Assembly: GCA_965247615.1 (NCBI GenBank)
Contig: OZ252022.1
Coordinates: 789,233-821,232 of the forward strand
DNA length: 32,000 nt
Source: Dehalococcoidia bacterium
GTDB taxonomy: Bacteria > Chloroflexota > Dehalococcoidia > Lucifugimonadales > UBA1127
Reading direction: 5' to 3'
Shown here piece after piece: positions 9,321-19,161 of this stretch. Under the pieces are notes generated by a model, which had not been told where the DNA came from, made no database searches, and saw only the letters and a list, made by a program, of their open reading frames with translations. A program made the position numbers and the translations under genes. Within the stretch, counting starts at the first letter, position 1; each line of letters begins with the position of its first letter.

Positions 9321-10940
9321 ATGGCAGGTGGTACAACTACTGGGGGCAGCTCAAGACACTCCCAACCCTCTCTGGTCAGAGCAAAACCCTTGCGAATAAC
9401 TGCCTTCCTCGCCTTGACGCTCCTCGCGCTCACCGCCTGCACTCAGGCAACGCCGACCCCTGCGCCGACCTTCTCTCCGATCTCACGGGCAGCCCCGACG
9501 CCTTCGCCAACCCCAGCGCCGACCCCCACCCTAACCCCGACCCCTACATCTACGCCTACTCCTACACCTACACCTATTCCGACGCCTTCACCAACCCCAA
9601 CGCCGACCCTCACGCCAACCCCGACTCCTACATCTACGCCTACTCCGACCCCCACCCCCACTCCTACGTCCACGCCTACTCCAACACCCATCCCGACACC
9701 CACGTTGGAACCACTCCCCTCGCCTATGCCCACCGCAACAGTACTACCGGATGCGCAAGAGACGTTGACCAATCGTGCCCCGGTCGTATCCATGGTCCAT
9801 GAGTCGTTGGCCATCCAGGGGGGTATCCCTGTACTGCTGAACGCCAATGCCTATGACCCGGACGGCGACCAGCTGACATACGAGTGGACGGTGACGCCCA
9901 TGGTCGGTCAGCTGGTGCAGGCGTTCCCCCGCTACCCCTCCTGGTTCGCACCTGAGGTCACTTCAACTCAAGTCGTCACGATAACGCTGACGGTGAGAGA
10001 CGCCCACGGCGGCCACTCATCCGCCGACATGGAGATTGTGGTGCTCCCACTGGCGGAGGAGATACCGACGCCGCCCGATGGCCACATGGAGAGGCTGGCT
10101 TTCGCCATGGAACGGATGCTCGCGTCACCTTCACAGCATGATGCATCAATGACCGTAGAGGAACAGAGTCCCTGGCTCAGACAGGCATGGGACTTCGCCA
10201 CCAAGTCGGGAAACTATGCTGAAATGGATTACGAATTTGAAATCGAGTTCCAAGGGCAGATTCCGATCGTCATTCTGGAGTGCTATCCCGTAGAACCTGG
10301 TGAATACCTTGTCCCCTGCGCTCCATCGAGGCTGGACTTTCCTGAGTCACGCCTGGATGACAAGTACATAGTCGGGGAGTTCTCGCACATCTTGTGGACC
10401 GCGATGGCGCACGAACTTGCACATATCTTCACAATGTCCTCTCTCGTTTCACCCGACGACGGCCAGGAACCACGCCCTGACCTCAACGCAATCTCAATGC
10501 TGGCGCTATTCAAGCAACATAGCGACCCGTCTAACTACTACTGCGACGGCAGAGAACTGCTTGCGGACACGCTCAAAGTTAAAGCGTTCCCAGCAACCTG
10601 GGGCGGATATTGGTTCAGCTGTAAGGGTGAGCATCACCCTCCTGACGAAGACGGTGCTCATGCCATCGTGCAAAGTCTTCTTGACGGCCAATACCCAGAC
10701 TGGTTCATGGAAGAATATGGACTGCCGGATGGCGGGTTTGCTTTGCGTCGAGTCTGGACAGACGTCATCGCCCTTGAAAAACTCGACCCGTTCCCGAAAC
10801 AGCTACTGGTGTGGCAACTGCGGGGTGCCTTCGGCGCCGGATATTGCTCGTACGAGGCGGCCGCGGACTCGGCGTACCGGAGAGCGCATCTCCCCAACCC
10901 CTGGGCAACCGGTGACACAGACGAGGCCGGATGCGGCTAG
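9321..10940 (+). CDS. Putative surface lipoprotein: signal/lipobox, Thr-Pro repeat linker, PKD/Ig-like segment, HExxH (HELAH) metallopeptidase-like region
   Basis: [17 protein letters not shown] lipobox; about 95-aa (TP)n linker; NRAPVVSM...[21 protein letters not shown]-like; [18 protein letters not shown] zinc-binding-like motif. Start uncertain (TTG 9252, ATG 9321 or TTG 9390). Confidence 0.7.
   Translation: MAGGTTTGGSSRHSQPSLVRAKPLRITAFLALTLLALTACTQATPTPAPTFSPISRAAPTPSPTPAPTPTLTPTPTSTPTPTPTPIPTPSPTPTPTLTPTPTPTSTPTPTPTPTPTSTPTPTPIPTPTLEPLPSPMPTATVLPDAQETLTNRAPVVSMVHESLAIQGGIPVLLNANAYDPDGDQLTYEWTVTPMVGQLVQAFPRYPSWFAPEVTSTQVVTITLTVRDAHGGHSSADMEIVVLPLAEEIPTPPDGHMERLAFAMERMLASPSQHDASMTVEEQSPWLRQAWDFATKSGNYAEMDYEFEIEFQGQIPIVILECYPVEPGEYLVPCAPSRLDFPESRLDDKYIVGEFSHILWTAMAHELAHIFTMSSLVSPDDGQEPRPDLNAISMLALFKQHSDPSNYYCDGRELLADTLKVKAFPATWGGYWFSCKGEHHPPDEDGAHAIVQSLLDGQYPDWFMEEYGLPDGGFALRRVWTDVIALEKLDPFPKQLLVWQLRGAFGAGYCSYEAAADSAYRRAHLPNPWATGDTDEAGCG
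9497..9664 (+). repeat. Two imperfect 84-bp tandem units inside the Thr-Pro coding region
   Basis: Unit 1 gacgccttcgccaaccccagcgccgacccccaccctaaccccgacccctacatctacgcctactcc... at 9497; unit 2 gacgccttcaccaaccccaacgccgaccctcacgccaaccccgactcctacatctacgcctactcc... at 9581. Confidence 0.8.
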
Positions 10941-11172
10941 AAGGCCAAGGGCGCAGTCAATCAGACTCAGCGCGTGACCCTTATGGGTGAGACGCAACAG
11001 CAACAAAACTTACTGGCGCTCGTGGGCTGTAGACCGGGCGCTCTAGCAGCAAGGGACGGTTGACAACAGTACCAGCTACACATCCTCGCCCTCGCATCCG
11101 GGCCGCCGCTCACCCGGGGTTCTGCTCATGGTGAGGCACTCAAACCGAATGAGCCTGCGCCCCGCCGCCCCC

Positions 11173-12303
11173 CTACCGCCCCACGTCCGACGGCGCCTGC
11201 CCCGACCGTATCGCCTGCAGCCCCTCCGCCGTCACCCGCGGCGCTTCCGCCAGCTCGTCGTACAGCCCTGGCGGCGGGTTCACGTCCCGCAGCGCCGGGA
11301 TCACCTCTTCCCCCATCAGCTTGATCGAGCGCATCACCCGCTTGTGCTCGATCCCGCCGAACATCATCCAGTTGCTGATGTGCGTGGCCCCCAGCGCTGC
11401 GGCCCCCCGGAACTTCTCGATCACCGTATCCGGGCCCCCGAAGAACAGACGCTCCTGAAACGTCGCATCATTCGGCTCCCCCTCGTAGGGGCCCACCTGC
11501 ACCCTGCCGTCGACCACCGCCAGCTGGTTCAGCGCCCTGCCGGCCCGGTTCTGCCACCGTGCGAAGGGGATCTGGCTGAAGGCCTCCCCGTCCGTATCGG
11601 CCACGTGGGTGATGCATTGCATCCCCAGCTCTAGCCCTCGGTGCGGCTTCCCCAGCTCCTTATGCGCCTGCACCAGCGCCGTCACGTGCGACCGCACCCC
11701 CTGCGCCCCCATCGCCCCCGTCGTGAACGGCAGCATGTCCCGCTCCGCCGCCAACTGCATCGATTCGACGCTCGTACCCGCCAGCCACAGCGGCGGGTAC
11801 GGCTTCTGCAGCGGCTTCGGCCACACCGTCACGGGGTCCGGCGCCTTCAGGTACTGTCCGTCGTACGTGAACGACTCATCCCGCGTCCAGGCCAGGATCA
11901 GCAGGTCCAGCGTCTCCGTGAACCGCTGCCGCGACTCCTCCAACGACACGCCGAACCTTCCCATCTCGTGGGGCTGGTAGCCCCGGCCCACTCCGCAGAT
12001 GAACCGCCCGTTGCTCAGGTTGTCGAGCACCGCCACCTCCTCCGCCAGCCGGAGGGGCTGCCAGATGGGAAGCACCAGCACCATCGTCGCGATCTTGATC
12101 GTCTTTGTCTGCCCCGCGATGTGGACCGCCTGCAGCAGCGGCGCCGGCGAGTTCCCGTAGTTCGAGAAGTGGTGCTCCGCGATCAGACAGAAGTCGAACC
12201 CCAGCTCCTCCGAGTACTGGATCTGCTCCAGTCCCTCCTGGTAGAGCGTCTGCCAGTCCCCCGCGCTGGGGTTCGGCCATTCGTAGAAGAGTCCAAATTT
12301 CAT
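11173..12303 (-). CDS. LLM class flavin-dependent oxidoreductase (luciferase-like monooxygenase)
   Basis: 376 aa; MKFGLFYEWPNP, EELGFDFCLIAEHHFSNYG, LAEEVAVLDNLSNGRFICGVGRGY. Confidence 0.9.
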   Translation of the reverse strand: MKFGLFYEWPNPSAGDWQTLYQEGLEQIQYSEELGFDFCLIAEHHFSNYGNSPAPLLQAVHIAGQTKTIKIATMVLVLPIWQPLRLAEEVAVLDNLSNGRFICGVGRGYQPHEMGRFGVSLEESRQRFTETLDLLILAWTRDESFTYDGQYLKAPDPVTVWPKPLQKPYPPLWLAGTSVESMQLAAERDMLPFTTGAMGAQGVRSHVTALVQAHKELGKPHRGLELGMQCITHVADTDGEAFSQIPFARWQNRAGRALNQLAVVDGRVQVGPYEGEPNDATFQERLFFGGPDTVIEKFRGAAALGATHISNWMMFGGIEHKRVMRSIKLMGEEVIPALRDVNPPPGLYDELAEAPRVTAEGLQAIRSGQAPSDVGR

Positions 12304-12414
12304 GCTCGACGATACCTCACGTATTCAATCGCACAGATTCGAGTATGCCGGCCTCACTGGTCATCCGCCATCGCCTCCGGCAGGACCGGCGTCCACACGA
12401 GCGGGGACGTCGCG

Positions 12415-13230
12415 TTAGCCGTCCAGCAGCCCCCGGATCGCCGCCAGGTCCGGCTCACCAGGCCCCCGGTGCACTACCACCGCGTCGTCGAAGCCCAGCT
12501 CGGCTAGGCGCCGCAGCCGCCCGGCGGCGGCCTCGGGAGTGGCGCGCAGGTGGAACGGTGCCCTCGCCTCGTCCAGCGGCTCGTCCCCCTCCAGGTCCAC
12601 CGATATGTTCGTCACGACCGCCCGCCTCCCCCCTGCCTCCCGGTAACCCTTGATGCCCGCCGCCAGCGAGTCGAATCCCGTGAACGCGGCCGATGCTATC
12701 CAGCCGTCGAACTCCCGCGCCGCCCGCGAGATCCACCGCTCGCTGGTCCAGCTCCCAATGAGGACCGGTGGGCCGCCCCTTACCTCGGACTGCGGGCTCA
12801 GGTTGGCGCCCTCCACCTCCTCCCCGTCCCACAGCCGCCTCATCGTGGCCAGGCCCTCGTGCAGCGCGCGCATCCGGCTGTCGAAGTCCAGGCCCAGCGC
12901 CTCGAAATCGCCCCTGGTCGAGCCCGCCCCCACCCCCAGAAGCAGCCGCCCCTCGCAGACCATCTGTGCCGACAGGACTCGGTGCGCCAGCTCCACCGGA
13001 TTGCGCAGCGGCACCTGCAGGATGCCGATCCCAACCTCCAGACGTGTGCTGGCCGCCGCCGCCACGGAAACCCCGATCAGCGGGTCCAGCGACATGCGTC
13101 CGCGTCCTATGGAGTCGAAGAACCACACGCTGTCGAACCCGGCCTCCTCGGCCGCGCGGGCGTCCCTGGACACAACGTCGCCTGAGGGCTCCTCGCCCCG
13201 GCCGATGGGTAGCGCTATCCCGAGTCTCAT
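12415..13230 (-). CDS. LLM class flavin-dependent oxidoreductase (F420-dependent type)
   Basis: Start placed at MRLGIALPIGRG (13230), internal to the track ORF; EEAGFDSVWFFDS, VELAHRVLSAQMVCEGRLLLGVGAGSTRGDFEALG. Confidence 0.85.
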   Translation of the reverse strand: MRLGIALPIGRGEEPSGDVVSRDARAAEEAGFDSVWFFDSIGRGRMSLDPLIGVSVAAAASTRLEVGIGILQVPLRNPVELAHRVLSAQMVCEGRLLLGVGAGSTRGDFEALGLDFDSRMRALHEGLATMRRLWDGEEVEGANLSPQSEVRGGPPVLIGSWTSERWISRAAREFDGWIASAAFTGFDSLAAGIKGYREAGGRRAVVTNISVDLEGDEPLDEARAPFHLRATPEAAAGRLRRLAELGFDDAVVVHRGPGEPDLAAIRGLLDG

Positions 13231-13574
13231 CTTCTGCTCACTCCACGATTTGTGGCGGCCGGCGCCGCCCGCAAAAAAGCCCACACAGGCTAGCATCAGC
13301 CACTGGGACGGTCAACCGCCGGTGCTTGGACTGGCACTGTGCGGGGGCCCGGTGGGCGGGACCCGTGGTGCGTCCGCTCACCGTGGGCCCGTCGAGGGCG
13401 AGATCTGGGGAAGGGCGGCCCCGCGACCGCTCATCTAGGTCGAGGGCCTCAGCATAAGCGACCACCAAGAGCCCCCGTCCCGGGGTCGTGTGCGGCCTGA
13501 TGGAGTGGCAACAGTGGTGTGGCCGATCACCTGGGGCGCTCGAAGGGCGTGAGCGGGTGGGGAGTGGGTCGGCG

Positions 13575-14003
13575 CTAGTGGTGCTGGGCCAGCTCCACGT
13601 AGACGTCGTTGACCGCGCCCGGCTGGAGGTAGCCGATGAGCCCGCCCATCAGCCCCAAGCGCGGTGTCTCGTCGATGAGCGGGACGCCCAGCCCCTGCAG
13701 CGCCTTGAGCCGCTCCCCCACACCCTCCACCTCGAAGCAGATGTGGTGCAGCCCTTGCCCGCGGCTCGCCACAAAGCTGCCGATGAAGCCGTCGGGCCTC
13801 GTGGACTGCAGCAGCTCCAGGTGCGTCTCTCCCACTGGAATGAAGCAGCCCCGGACCCCACGCTCCTCCAACTCGATGATCTCCCCCGCCTCCAGGCCAA
13901 AGAGCTCCCGGTACCGCTGAATGGCCGCCTCCAGGTCGTTCACCGCGATGCCCACGTGATGCACCAGGCGCGTCGGCGCCGGCGCCCGCAGTGGAAGCGT
14001 CAT
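13575..14003 (-). CDS. VOC family protein, methylmalonyl-CoA epimerase-like
   Basis: 142 aa from ATG 14003; VHHVGIAVNDLEAAIQRYRELFG, HLELLQ, GLHHICFEVEGV, GGLIGYLQPGAVNDVYVELAQ. Confidence 0.85.
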   Translation of the reverse strand: MTLPLRAPAPTRLVHHVGIAVNDLEAAIQRYRELFGLEAGEIIELEERGVRGCFIPVGETHLELLQSTRPDGFIGSFVASRGQGLHHICFEVEGVGERLKALQGLGVPLIDETPRLGLMGGLIGYLQPGAVNDVYVELAQHH

Positions 14004-14072
14004 AGCAATCCTCCCAGCCGCTCGACTGCCAGGTCCATCATCGCCGCGCCCACCGCCCATCGCGGCAGCGAC

Positions 14073-15233
14073 CTAGCGCCTGATGCCGTGGTGCTCGCCC
14101 AGGTACTCCCGCATGTGGGGTTGGGTGCTCCGCTTGGCGCACTCTTCCTCGAAGACGGTCAAAACGCGCGGGTCCTCGTCCTCGTACTCCACCTGGCGGC
14201 CCCCCTTCTTGATGGAAACGTCGCCGCCGTAGCCCTCTCCCAGGTTGCGCTTTCTGCTGTCCAGCACCGGGTACCGCCGCCCCCCGAAGCCGAAGACCAG
14301 GTAGCGCGCCGGCACGCCGGACGTGTTGAAGTGCTGGTGGTATGTCGGCCCGTCCGGCGGCGCGAACAGCACCCCCGGGTGCCAGTCCACGCGGTTCGTC
14401 GCCACGGGGTTCTCCCCCTCCAGCCACAGCGACGAGTACCCGTGCCCCGTCACGCAGAAGATGTGCGCCCCTGCGTCGTGGCGGTGCGCCTTCTTGTATG
14501 TCCCCGTCGGAAACTCCGAGATGTGGCAGTGCATCGAGCTGTCCGCGAAGGCAAAGTTGATCATGTTGCCCCCGGCTCCCCGCGCCTCCCACTTCGGCAG
14601 GTCGAAGGTCTGCATGTCCGGCACAAAGTTGGTCTCCCACTGGTGCTGCCCCGGCCGGTTTGGCAGGAACTCGCCCTCGCCCCGGAAGAAGCGCTCGTCG
14701 CCGAAGCGCTCCGGGAAGCTGTGCTGGTTGTCGTAGATGAACGACGGGTTGTGGAAGATGTTGAAGATGACTGGCAGGTTCGTCACCGCCGCGAAGCGCG
14801 CCGGCTCCGTTCCCGAGCCGTTGAAGTGCTGGTGCTTCGCGTTCATCGGGATGCCCATGGCGCTGCCCGCGCCCCACTCGAACGTGTGCTTGGCCCCGTT
14901 CGGAAGCTCCACCGTCGTCGCGCCCCGGCCTGACACCACGTGGATCAGCTCGTCGTGCATGTGCTGCTCGGGGTTGAGCTGCCCCCCGGGCGGTATCTCG
15001 GACACGTAGGCGCTCAGGTAGTCGCTCTTCCCCGTCAGGTGCACGTACGCGCCCCGGCCCCCCATCCGCTCCCACGGCTCCAACGGCACGTTCACGCAAT
15101 CGACGGCGTACTCCTCCAGCACCGGGACCCCCTCCGTCTCCAGGAACTCGCGGTAGGGGTCTCGGGCGTAGTACGTGGGCAGCAGCTCCGGGTCCGGGGC
15201 CTTGTCATAGTCGGGTTTCGGCATCGTCGTCAT
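14073..15233 (-). CDS. Cupin domain-containing protein (bicupin)
   Basis: 386 aa; two cupin-type regions: NPEQHMHDELIHVVSGRG... and KKAHRHDAGAHIFCVTGHGYSSLW... Confidence 0.8.
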   Translation of the reverse strand: MTTMPKPDYDKAPDPELLPTYYARDPYREFLETEGVPVLEEYAVDCVNVPLEPWERMGGRGAYVHLTGKSDYLSAYVSEIPPGGQLNPEQHMHDELIHVVSGRGATTVELPNGAKHTFEWGAGSAMGIPMNAKHQHFNGSGTEPARFAAVTNLPVIFNIFHNPSFIYDNQHSFPERFGDERFFRGEGEFLPNRPGQHQWETNFVPDMQTFDLPKWEARGAGGNMINFAFADSSMHCHISEFPTGTYKKAHRHDAGAHIFCVTGHGYSSLWLEGENPVATNRVDWHPGVLFAPPDGPTYHQHFNTSGVPARYLVFGFGGRRYPVLDSRKRNLGEGYGGDVSIKKGGRQVEYEDEDPRVLTVFEEECAKRSTQPHMREYLGEHHGIRR

Positions 15234-15322
15234 TGCTTCTCCTCCTCTTCAGATCTGGGGCTTGCGCGCCAATTCAGAGAATCGCCAGTCCCGCGCCCTG
15301 TTTGGGTGATCTTCCCCCATCG

Positions 15323-15778
15323 TTACGCAGGGCCAGTCGGTGGGTGTTCGCCTGGTGCGAGCGACTGCGTGGCCGGCTCGCCCAGCGAACCGGGTACCGA
15401 CGACCAACTCCTGCTGCGGTATCCACGGCGATTCACGGTTATAACGGATGGATCGGTATTAGCGATCCGTTCCCATTCACGACCATGTACCAGAATACTC
15501 GCCACCATCTCTTGCCACGCCTCCGGTTGCGCGTTCTTCCAACGCATCAACACAACCGTCAAGCCATTGTGCGCGTACTCGAACGCATATGCCTGTAAAG
15601 GGACGCCCGTATCACGCGTGACGAGGACTCTTGCGCCAAACTCCAACACGCGGGCCATGAGACCGCTGTCGGGTCGAATCGGTGCGCCGATCTCATCATA
15701 GCGCAGGATCGGATAGCGCACCTCCTTCAACGCACGTATGACAGGATCATAGAGGTCCGCATCAGCGATTAGGGTCAT
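15323..15778 (-). CDS. DUF5615-like PIN-like protein (putative toxin-like partner)
   Basis: 151 aa; LIADADLYDPVIRALKE, ARVLVTRDTGVPLQAYAFEYAHNGLTVVLMRW; overlaps the upstream DUF433 gene by 17 nt. Confidence 0.7.
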   Translation of the reverse strand: MTLIADADLYDPVIRALKEVRYPILRYDEIGAPIRPDSGLMARVLEFGARVLVTRDTGVPLQAYAFEYAHNGLTVVLMRWKNAQPEAWQEMVASILVHGREWERIANTDPSVITVNRRGYRSRSWSSVPGSLGEPATQSLAPGEHPPTGPA

Positions 15779-16406
15779 TCACTGCGAGCCATCGTTCGTA
15801 TTCGATGGCGTTCTGGACCTGTTCATCGAGCAACATAGGATAGACTTCTCGTGCATCGCCCCCCTGTTCAACCGCTTCTGCGACCGCCCTCGTCGTCACG
15901 CGCGTTCCCTTGACGACCGGTGCTCCCCCCACGACGCCCGGGTCGACTTCGACGTGGGGGAATCGTTCAGGCGGCACAAGTTCTCTCTTCAGGTCCTCGA
16001 TGAGACCGGGGAAGAACACCTTGGCCATCTTTTGCAGGCCTTGCGAAGCAGCCAGCGGGGCCCAGTCCGGCTTCTCTGACAGCACCGCGACGACAAAGCC
16101 GGAGGAGACGAAGATGGTCGCCCGCATCCATGCACCGCGGTCTCCCTCGGCCAGGAGGGCGATGGTGTCCAGGGCAACCCCAATGGCTTTGGGTGTGGCG
16201 CCCTGTTCCTTCAGCTTCGTGATCAGCCGCAACAGGAGCAGGTCTCGGTAGGAGTAGGCGGTCTCAACGCCCCGGCCCACCGCATATCGCTGCCCCACTA
16301 CGAGATGCGCCTTTGACCAGGCCTGAAAGCTCTGGTAGCGGACCCTCGCGACCCTCGCAGCCGTTCGAGCCGAATAGATGCCGCTCCCGAATCCTGTTGT
16401 CATCGT
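15762..16406 (-). CDS. MerR-like N-terminus plus DUF433 C-terminal domain (antitoxin-like)
   Basis: YSARTAARVARVRYQSFQAW...YSYRDLLLLRLITKLKEQG (HTH-like) and FPHVEVDPGVVGGAPVVKGTRVTTRAVAEAVEQG (DUF433). The track ORF starts at 16430; ATG at 16406 is also plausible. Confidence 0.75.
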   Translation of the reverse strand, partial: TMTTGFGSGIYSARTAARVARVRYQSFQAWSKAHLVVGQRYAVGRGVETAYSYRDLLLLRLITKLKEQGATPKAIGVALDTIALLAEGDRGAWMRATIFVSSGFVVAVLSEKPDWAPLAASQGLQKMAKVFFPGLIEDLKRELVPPERFPHVEVDPGVVGGAPVVKGTRVTTRAVAEAVEQGGDAREVYPMLLDEQVQNAIEYERWLAVNDPNR

Positions 16407-16535
16407 CGCATGCCCTGCCCGCACCATCACTAAGAAGCGCTAGCAAACGCCGCTGCAAGTCTGTCTTTCCCATAGGACTCCGACAGTGCAACGCCTCTTC
16501 GCCGCCAACGCCGCGTTTCCCCTCAACCCCCCCGC

Positions 16536-17789
16536 CTACGTCACCGCCGCCTGCACATACGTCGCAAGCACCTTCTCGATGTCCGCGTGCGCCTTGCTCT
16601 CCCCCGCCTCCTGCGGCACGTACTTCCTCGGCGCAGACCCGTGCCCGAAGCCCCGCACCGGCTCCAGAGGCAGCTCGGGGAACGCGGCCCCGGACCCCTC
16701 GTGGATCACGTTCATGGGCTCGCCCCCGTCTTGGACGATCTCCATCTGCTGCTTGAGCATGCGCCGGAACAGGATGACCCCCTTGTCGGACTCGCCCAGC
16801 TTCTCCTTCGTCCGGTCCGCCAGCGGGCCCTGCGTGATCCAGGCCATGTAGTCCTGGTTGAACTGAATGCTGATGATCAGCCGCCCGTCGTCGCCGTACA
16901 GCGGTACGTGGTAGTACGGCACCCGTTCCTGCGGCGCCACGTCGGCCCCGGGGGCCGCGCGGAACGTGTACACGGACACGTGGTACGTGTGTGTGTCGTC
17001 CATCGGGACCCGGAACTGCAGCGTTCCGCGCTGCGGCGACCCCACCTGCAGGATGTTCGGGAAGATGATTGGGTGCCCCACCTTCCACAGGTCGTCCTCC
17101 TCCGTCCCCCCTTCCATCACCCGGCGCTTGATCACCCCGTACTCCGTCACGTCAAAGCCTATCTTCTTGTGCCGCTCCACCGCCGGGAGCTCTGACCGGG
17201 GCACCCCGGAGCGCTCCCTGACCCAGTTGCTCTGGTACCGGTGCAGCCACTCCGTGTGTACCGGGTCCAACGAGTTCTCCTGGCACTGCAGCCAGTTGCA
17301 CGGCAGCTCCGTGATCGCGATGTCCCGCGCCACGTTCTCCCACGCCAGCGGCCCCCACAGCGGCAGCACCGGCGCCGGCGACGGCCCCAGGTACGCGAAA
17401 ACCAGCCCGCCCGTCTCCTGCACCGGGTACGACACCGCCGTCACCCGGTCCTTGAACGTGCTGTCCGGCGCCTCCGCGGGCATCTCCAGGCACCGCCCCG
17501 TCTCGTCGAACCTCCACCCGTGGTACGGACAACGCAGCCCCTGCGCCTCCGGTATGCCGTACAGTAGGTTCACGCGGCGGTGCGGGCACGACTCCTGGAG
17601 CAGCCCCAACGTCCCGCTCCGGTCCCGGTACAGCACCAGCGACTCCCCCAGAATTCGCACCGACTTTGTCGGGTTCTCACGCAGCTCCTCGCTCGCGCCG
17701 ATGGGGTGCCAGTACTGGCGCAGCAGATCGCCCATGGGTGTGCCCGGTCCCACTCTGGTCAGCCGTTCGTTCTCCTTGGTCGATAGCAT
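16536..17789 (-). CDS. Aromatic ring-hydroxylating oxygenase, Rieske alpha-subunit type (paralog 1)
   Basis: Start MLSTKENERLTRVGPGTPMG at 17789; Rieske CPHRRVNLLYGIPEAQGLRCPYHGW; downstream NWLQCQENSLDPVHTEWLH mononuclear-iron region. Confidence 0.9.
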   Translation of the reverse strand: MLSTKENERLTRVGPGTPMGDLLRQYWHPIGASEELRENPTKSVRILGESLVLYRDRSGTLGLLQESCPHRRVNLLYGIPEAQGLRCPYHGWRFDETGRCLEMPAEAPDSTFKDRVTAVSYPVQETGGLVFAYLGPSPAPVLPLWGPLAWENVARDIAITELPCNWLQCQENSLDPVHTEWLHRYQSNWVRERSGVPRSELPAVERHKKIGFDVTEYGVIKRRVMEGGTEEDDLWKVGHPIIFPNILQVGSPQRGTLQFRVPMDDTHTYHVSVYTFRAAPGADVAPQERVPYYHVPLYGDDGRLIISIQFNQDYMAWITQGPLADRTKEKLGESDKGVILFRRMLKQQMEIVQDGGEPMNVIHEGSGAAFPELPLEPVRGFGHGSAPRKYVPQEAGESKAHADIEKVLATYVQAAVT

Positions 17790-17823
17790 CGTTCCGCCTC
17801 CTGTCGTCTGTCTTGGTTCTCGC

Positions 17824-19161
17824 CTACTTGCCGGGCTGCACCTGTCCGTAGCCCGCCAGCTTCGTCTTCGTCTCCTCCGGCGTCGCGGCCCCTGCGTTCT
17901 TGGCCCGCTCCTGCGCAATGGGGCTGTACTTCACCGCCCGCCCCGTCCCGACGCCGCCCGTGCGCCTCGGTATCGCGCCGTCACCCCGCTCGCGGTAGCC
18001 CTTGCCCTCCTGGCTCTCCGCCGGAATCCGGTTGCAGATGTTCGACGCCGGGTCTCGGAACGTGTTCATCGGGTCCCCGCCGTCCTCCACGATCCGCATC
18101 TGCTCCCGCAGCAGCCGCCGGTACAGGATGATCCCCTTGTCCGACTCCCCCAACCGCTCCAGCCACCGCGTCGAGACCGGCCCCTGCGACATCCACGCCA
18201 TGTTGTCCTGGCCGCTGTTGTTGTCCAACACCTCCCAGATGGGCAGGCCCCGCTCGTCCACCCCCGGCAGCGGCACCTCGTACAGCGGGATCTCCTCCGG
18301 CGCCTGCTCCGGCGCCGTCTCCCCCGCCGGCATCTCGTGCACGTTGTACCACCAATACAGCGTGTGCGTGTCGTCTATCGGCACGCGTATCTGGTCCAGC
18401 CGCAGTATGTTGGGGAACACAATCGGGTGGCCGACGCGCCACAGCGGGCTCGTCTCGTCATCCCCCTCCAGCACGCGGCGCTTGATGATCCCGTACTCGA
18501 ACACGTCGAAGCCAATCTTCGTGTGACGCCTCACGTTCCCCTTGTTGCGCCAGTACCTCCCCTCCTGCTCTCCCTTGCCCAGCCGCTCGATGACGTAGTT
18601 CGAAAAGACCTGGTGCAGGTGCTCAACGTGCACCGGGTCCAGCGAGTTCTCCATGATCTGCATCCAGTTGCACGGAAGGACCGCCCAGCCGATGTCCCGC
18701 TGCACGTTGTCCTTCACAAACGCCTCCCAGTGGGGCACCAGGGGCCTCGGCTCCGGCCCCAACCAGGCCCACACCATGCCGCCCAGCTCCTCCACCGGGT
18801 ACGACTTGGCCGTCACCCGGTCCTTGAACGTGCTGTCCGGCGCCTCCGCCGGCATCTCCAGGCACTGCCCTGTCTCGTCGAACAGCCACCCGTGGTACGG
18901 GCAGCGCAGCCCGTGCTCCTCCGGGATGCCGTACAGCAGGTTCACCCGGCGGTGCGGGCACGATTCCTGAATCAAGCCCAGCGTCCCGCTCCGGTCCCGG
19001 AACAGCACCAGGTCCTCGCCCAGCAGCCGCACCGCCTTCGTCGGGTTCTCCTTCAGCTGCGACAGCGCGGCGATGGGCTGCCAGTAGCGCCGCATCAGCT
19101 CTCCCATCGGCGTGCCGGGGCCAACCTCCGTCAGCATCTGGTTCTGTTCCTTCGTCAGCAT
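17824..19161 (-). CDS. Aromatic ring-hydroxylating oxygenase, Rieske alpha-subunit type (paralog 2)
   Basis: 445 aa; MLTKEQNQMLTEVGPGTPMG, CPHRRVNLLYGIPEEHGLRCPYHGW, NWMQIMENSLDPVHVEHLH; 34 nt upstream of paralog 1 on the same strand. Confidence 0.92.
   Translation of the reverse strand: MLTKEQNQMLTEVGPGTPMGELMRRYWQPIAALSQLKENPTKAVRLLGEDLVLFRDRSGTLGLIQESCPHRRVNLLYGIPEEHGLRCPYHGWLFDETGQCLEMPAEAPDSTFKDRVTAKSYPVEELGGMVWAWLGPEPRPLVPHWEAFVKDNVQRDIGWAVLPCNWMQIMENSLDPVHVEHLHQVFSNYVIERLGKGEQEGRYWRNKGNVRRHTKIGFDVFEYGIIKRRVLEGDDETSPLWRVGHPIVFPNILRLDQIRVPIDDTHTLYWWYNVHEMPAGETAPEQAPEEIPLYEVPLPGVDERGLPIWEVLDNNSGQDNMAWMSQGPVSTRWLERLGESDKGIILYRRLLREQMRIVEDGGDPMNTFRDPASNICNRIPAESQEGKGYRERGDGAIPRRTGGVGTGRAVKYSPIAQERAKNAGAATPEETKTKLAGYGQVQPGK

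Noticed and set aside
9440-9740. Possible CRISPR or non-coding satellite array because of the strong short-period repeat
   Set aside because: The periodicity is ccnacn, encoding (Thr-Pro)n in an open frame downstream of a lipobox. There are no constant direct repeats separated by unique spacers.
13488-14933. 481-aa plus-strand ORF
   Set aside because: Antisense shadow of the VOC epimerase-like and bicupin genes; Arg/Val/His-rich with no family motif.
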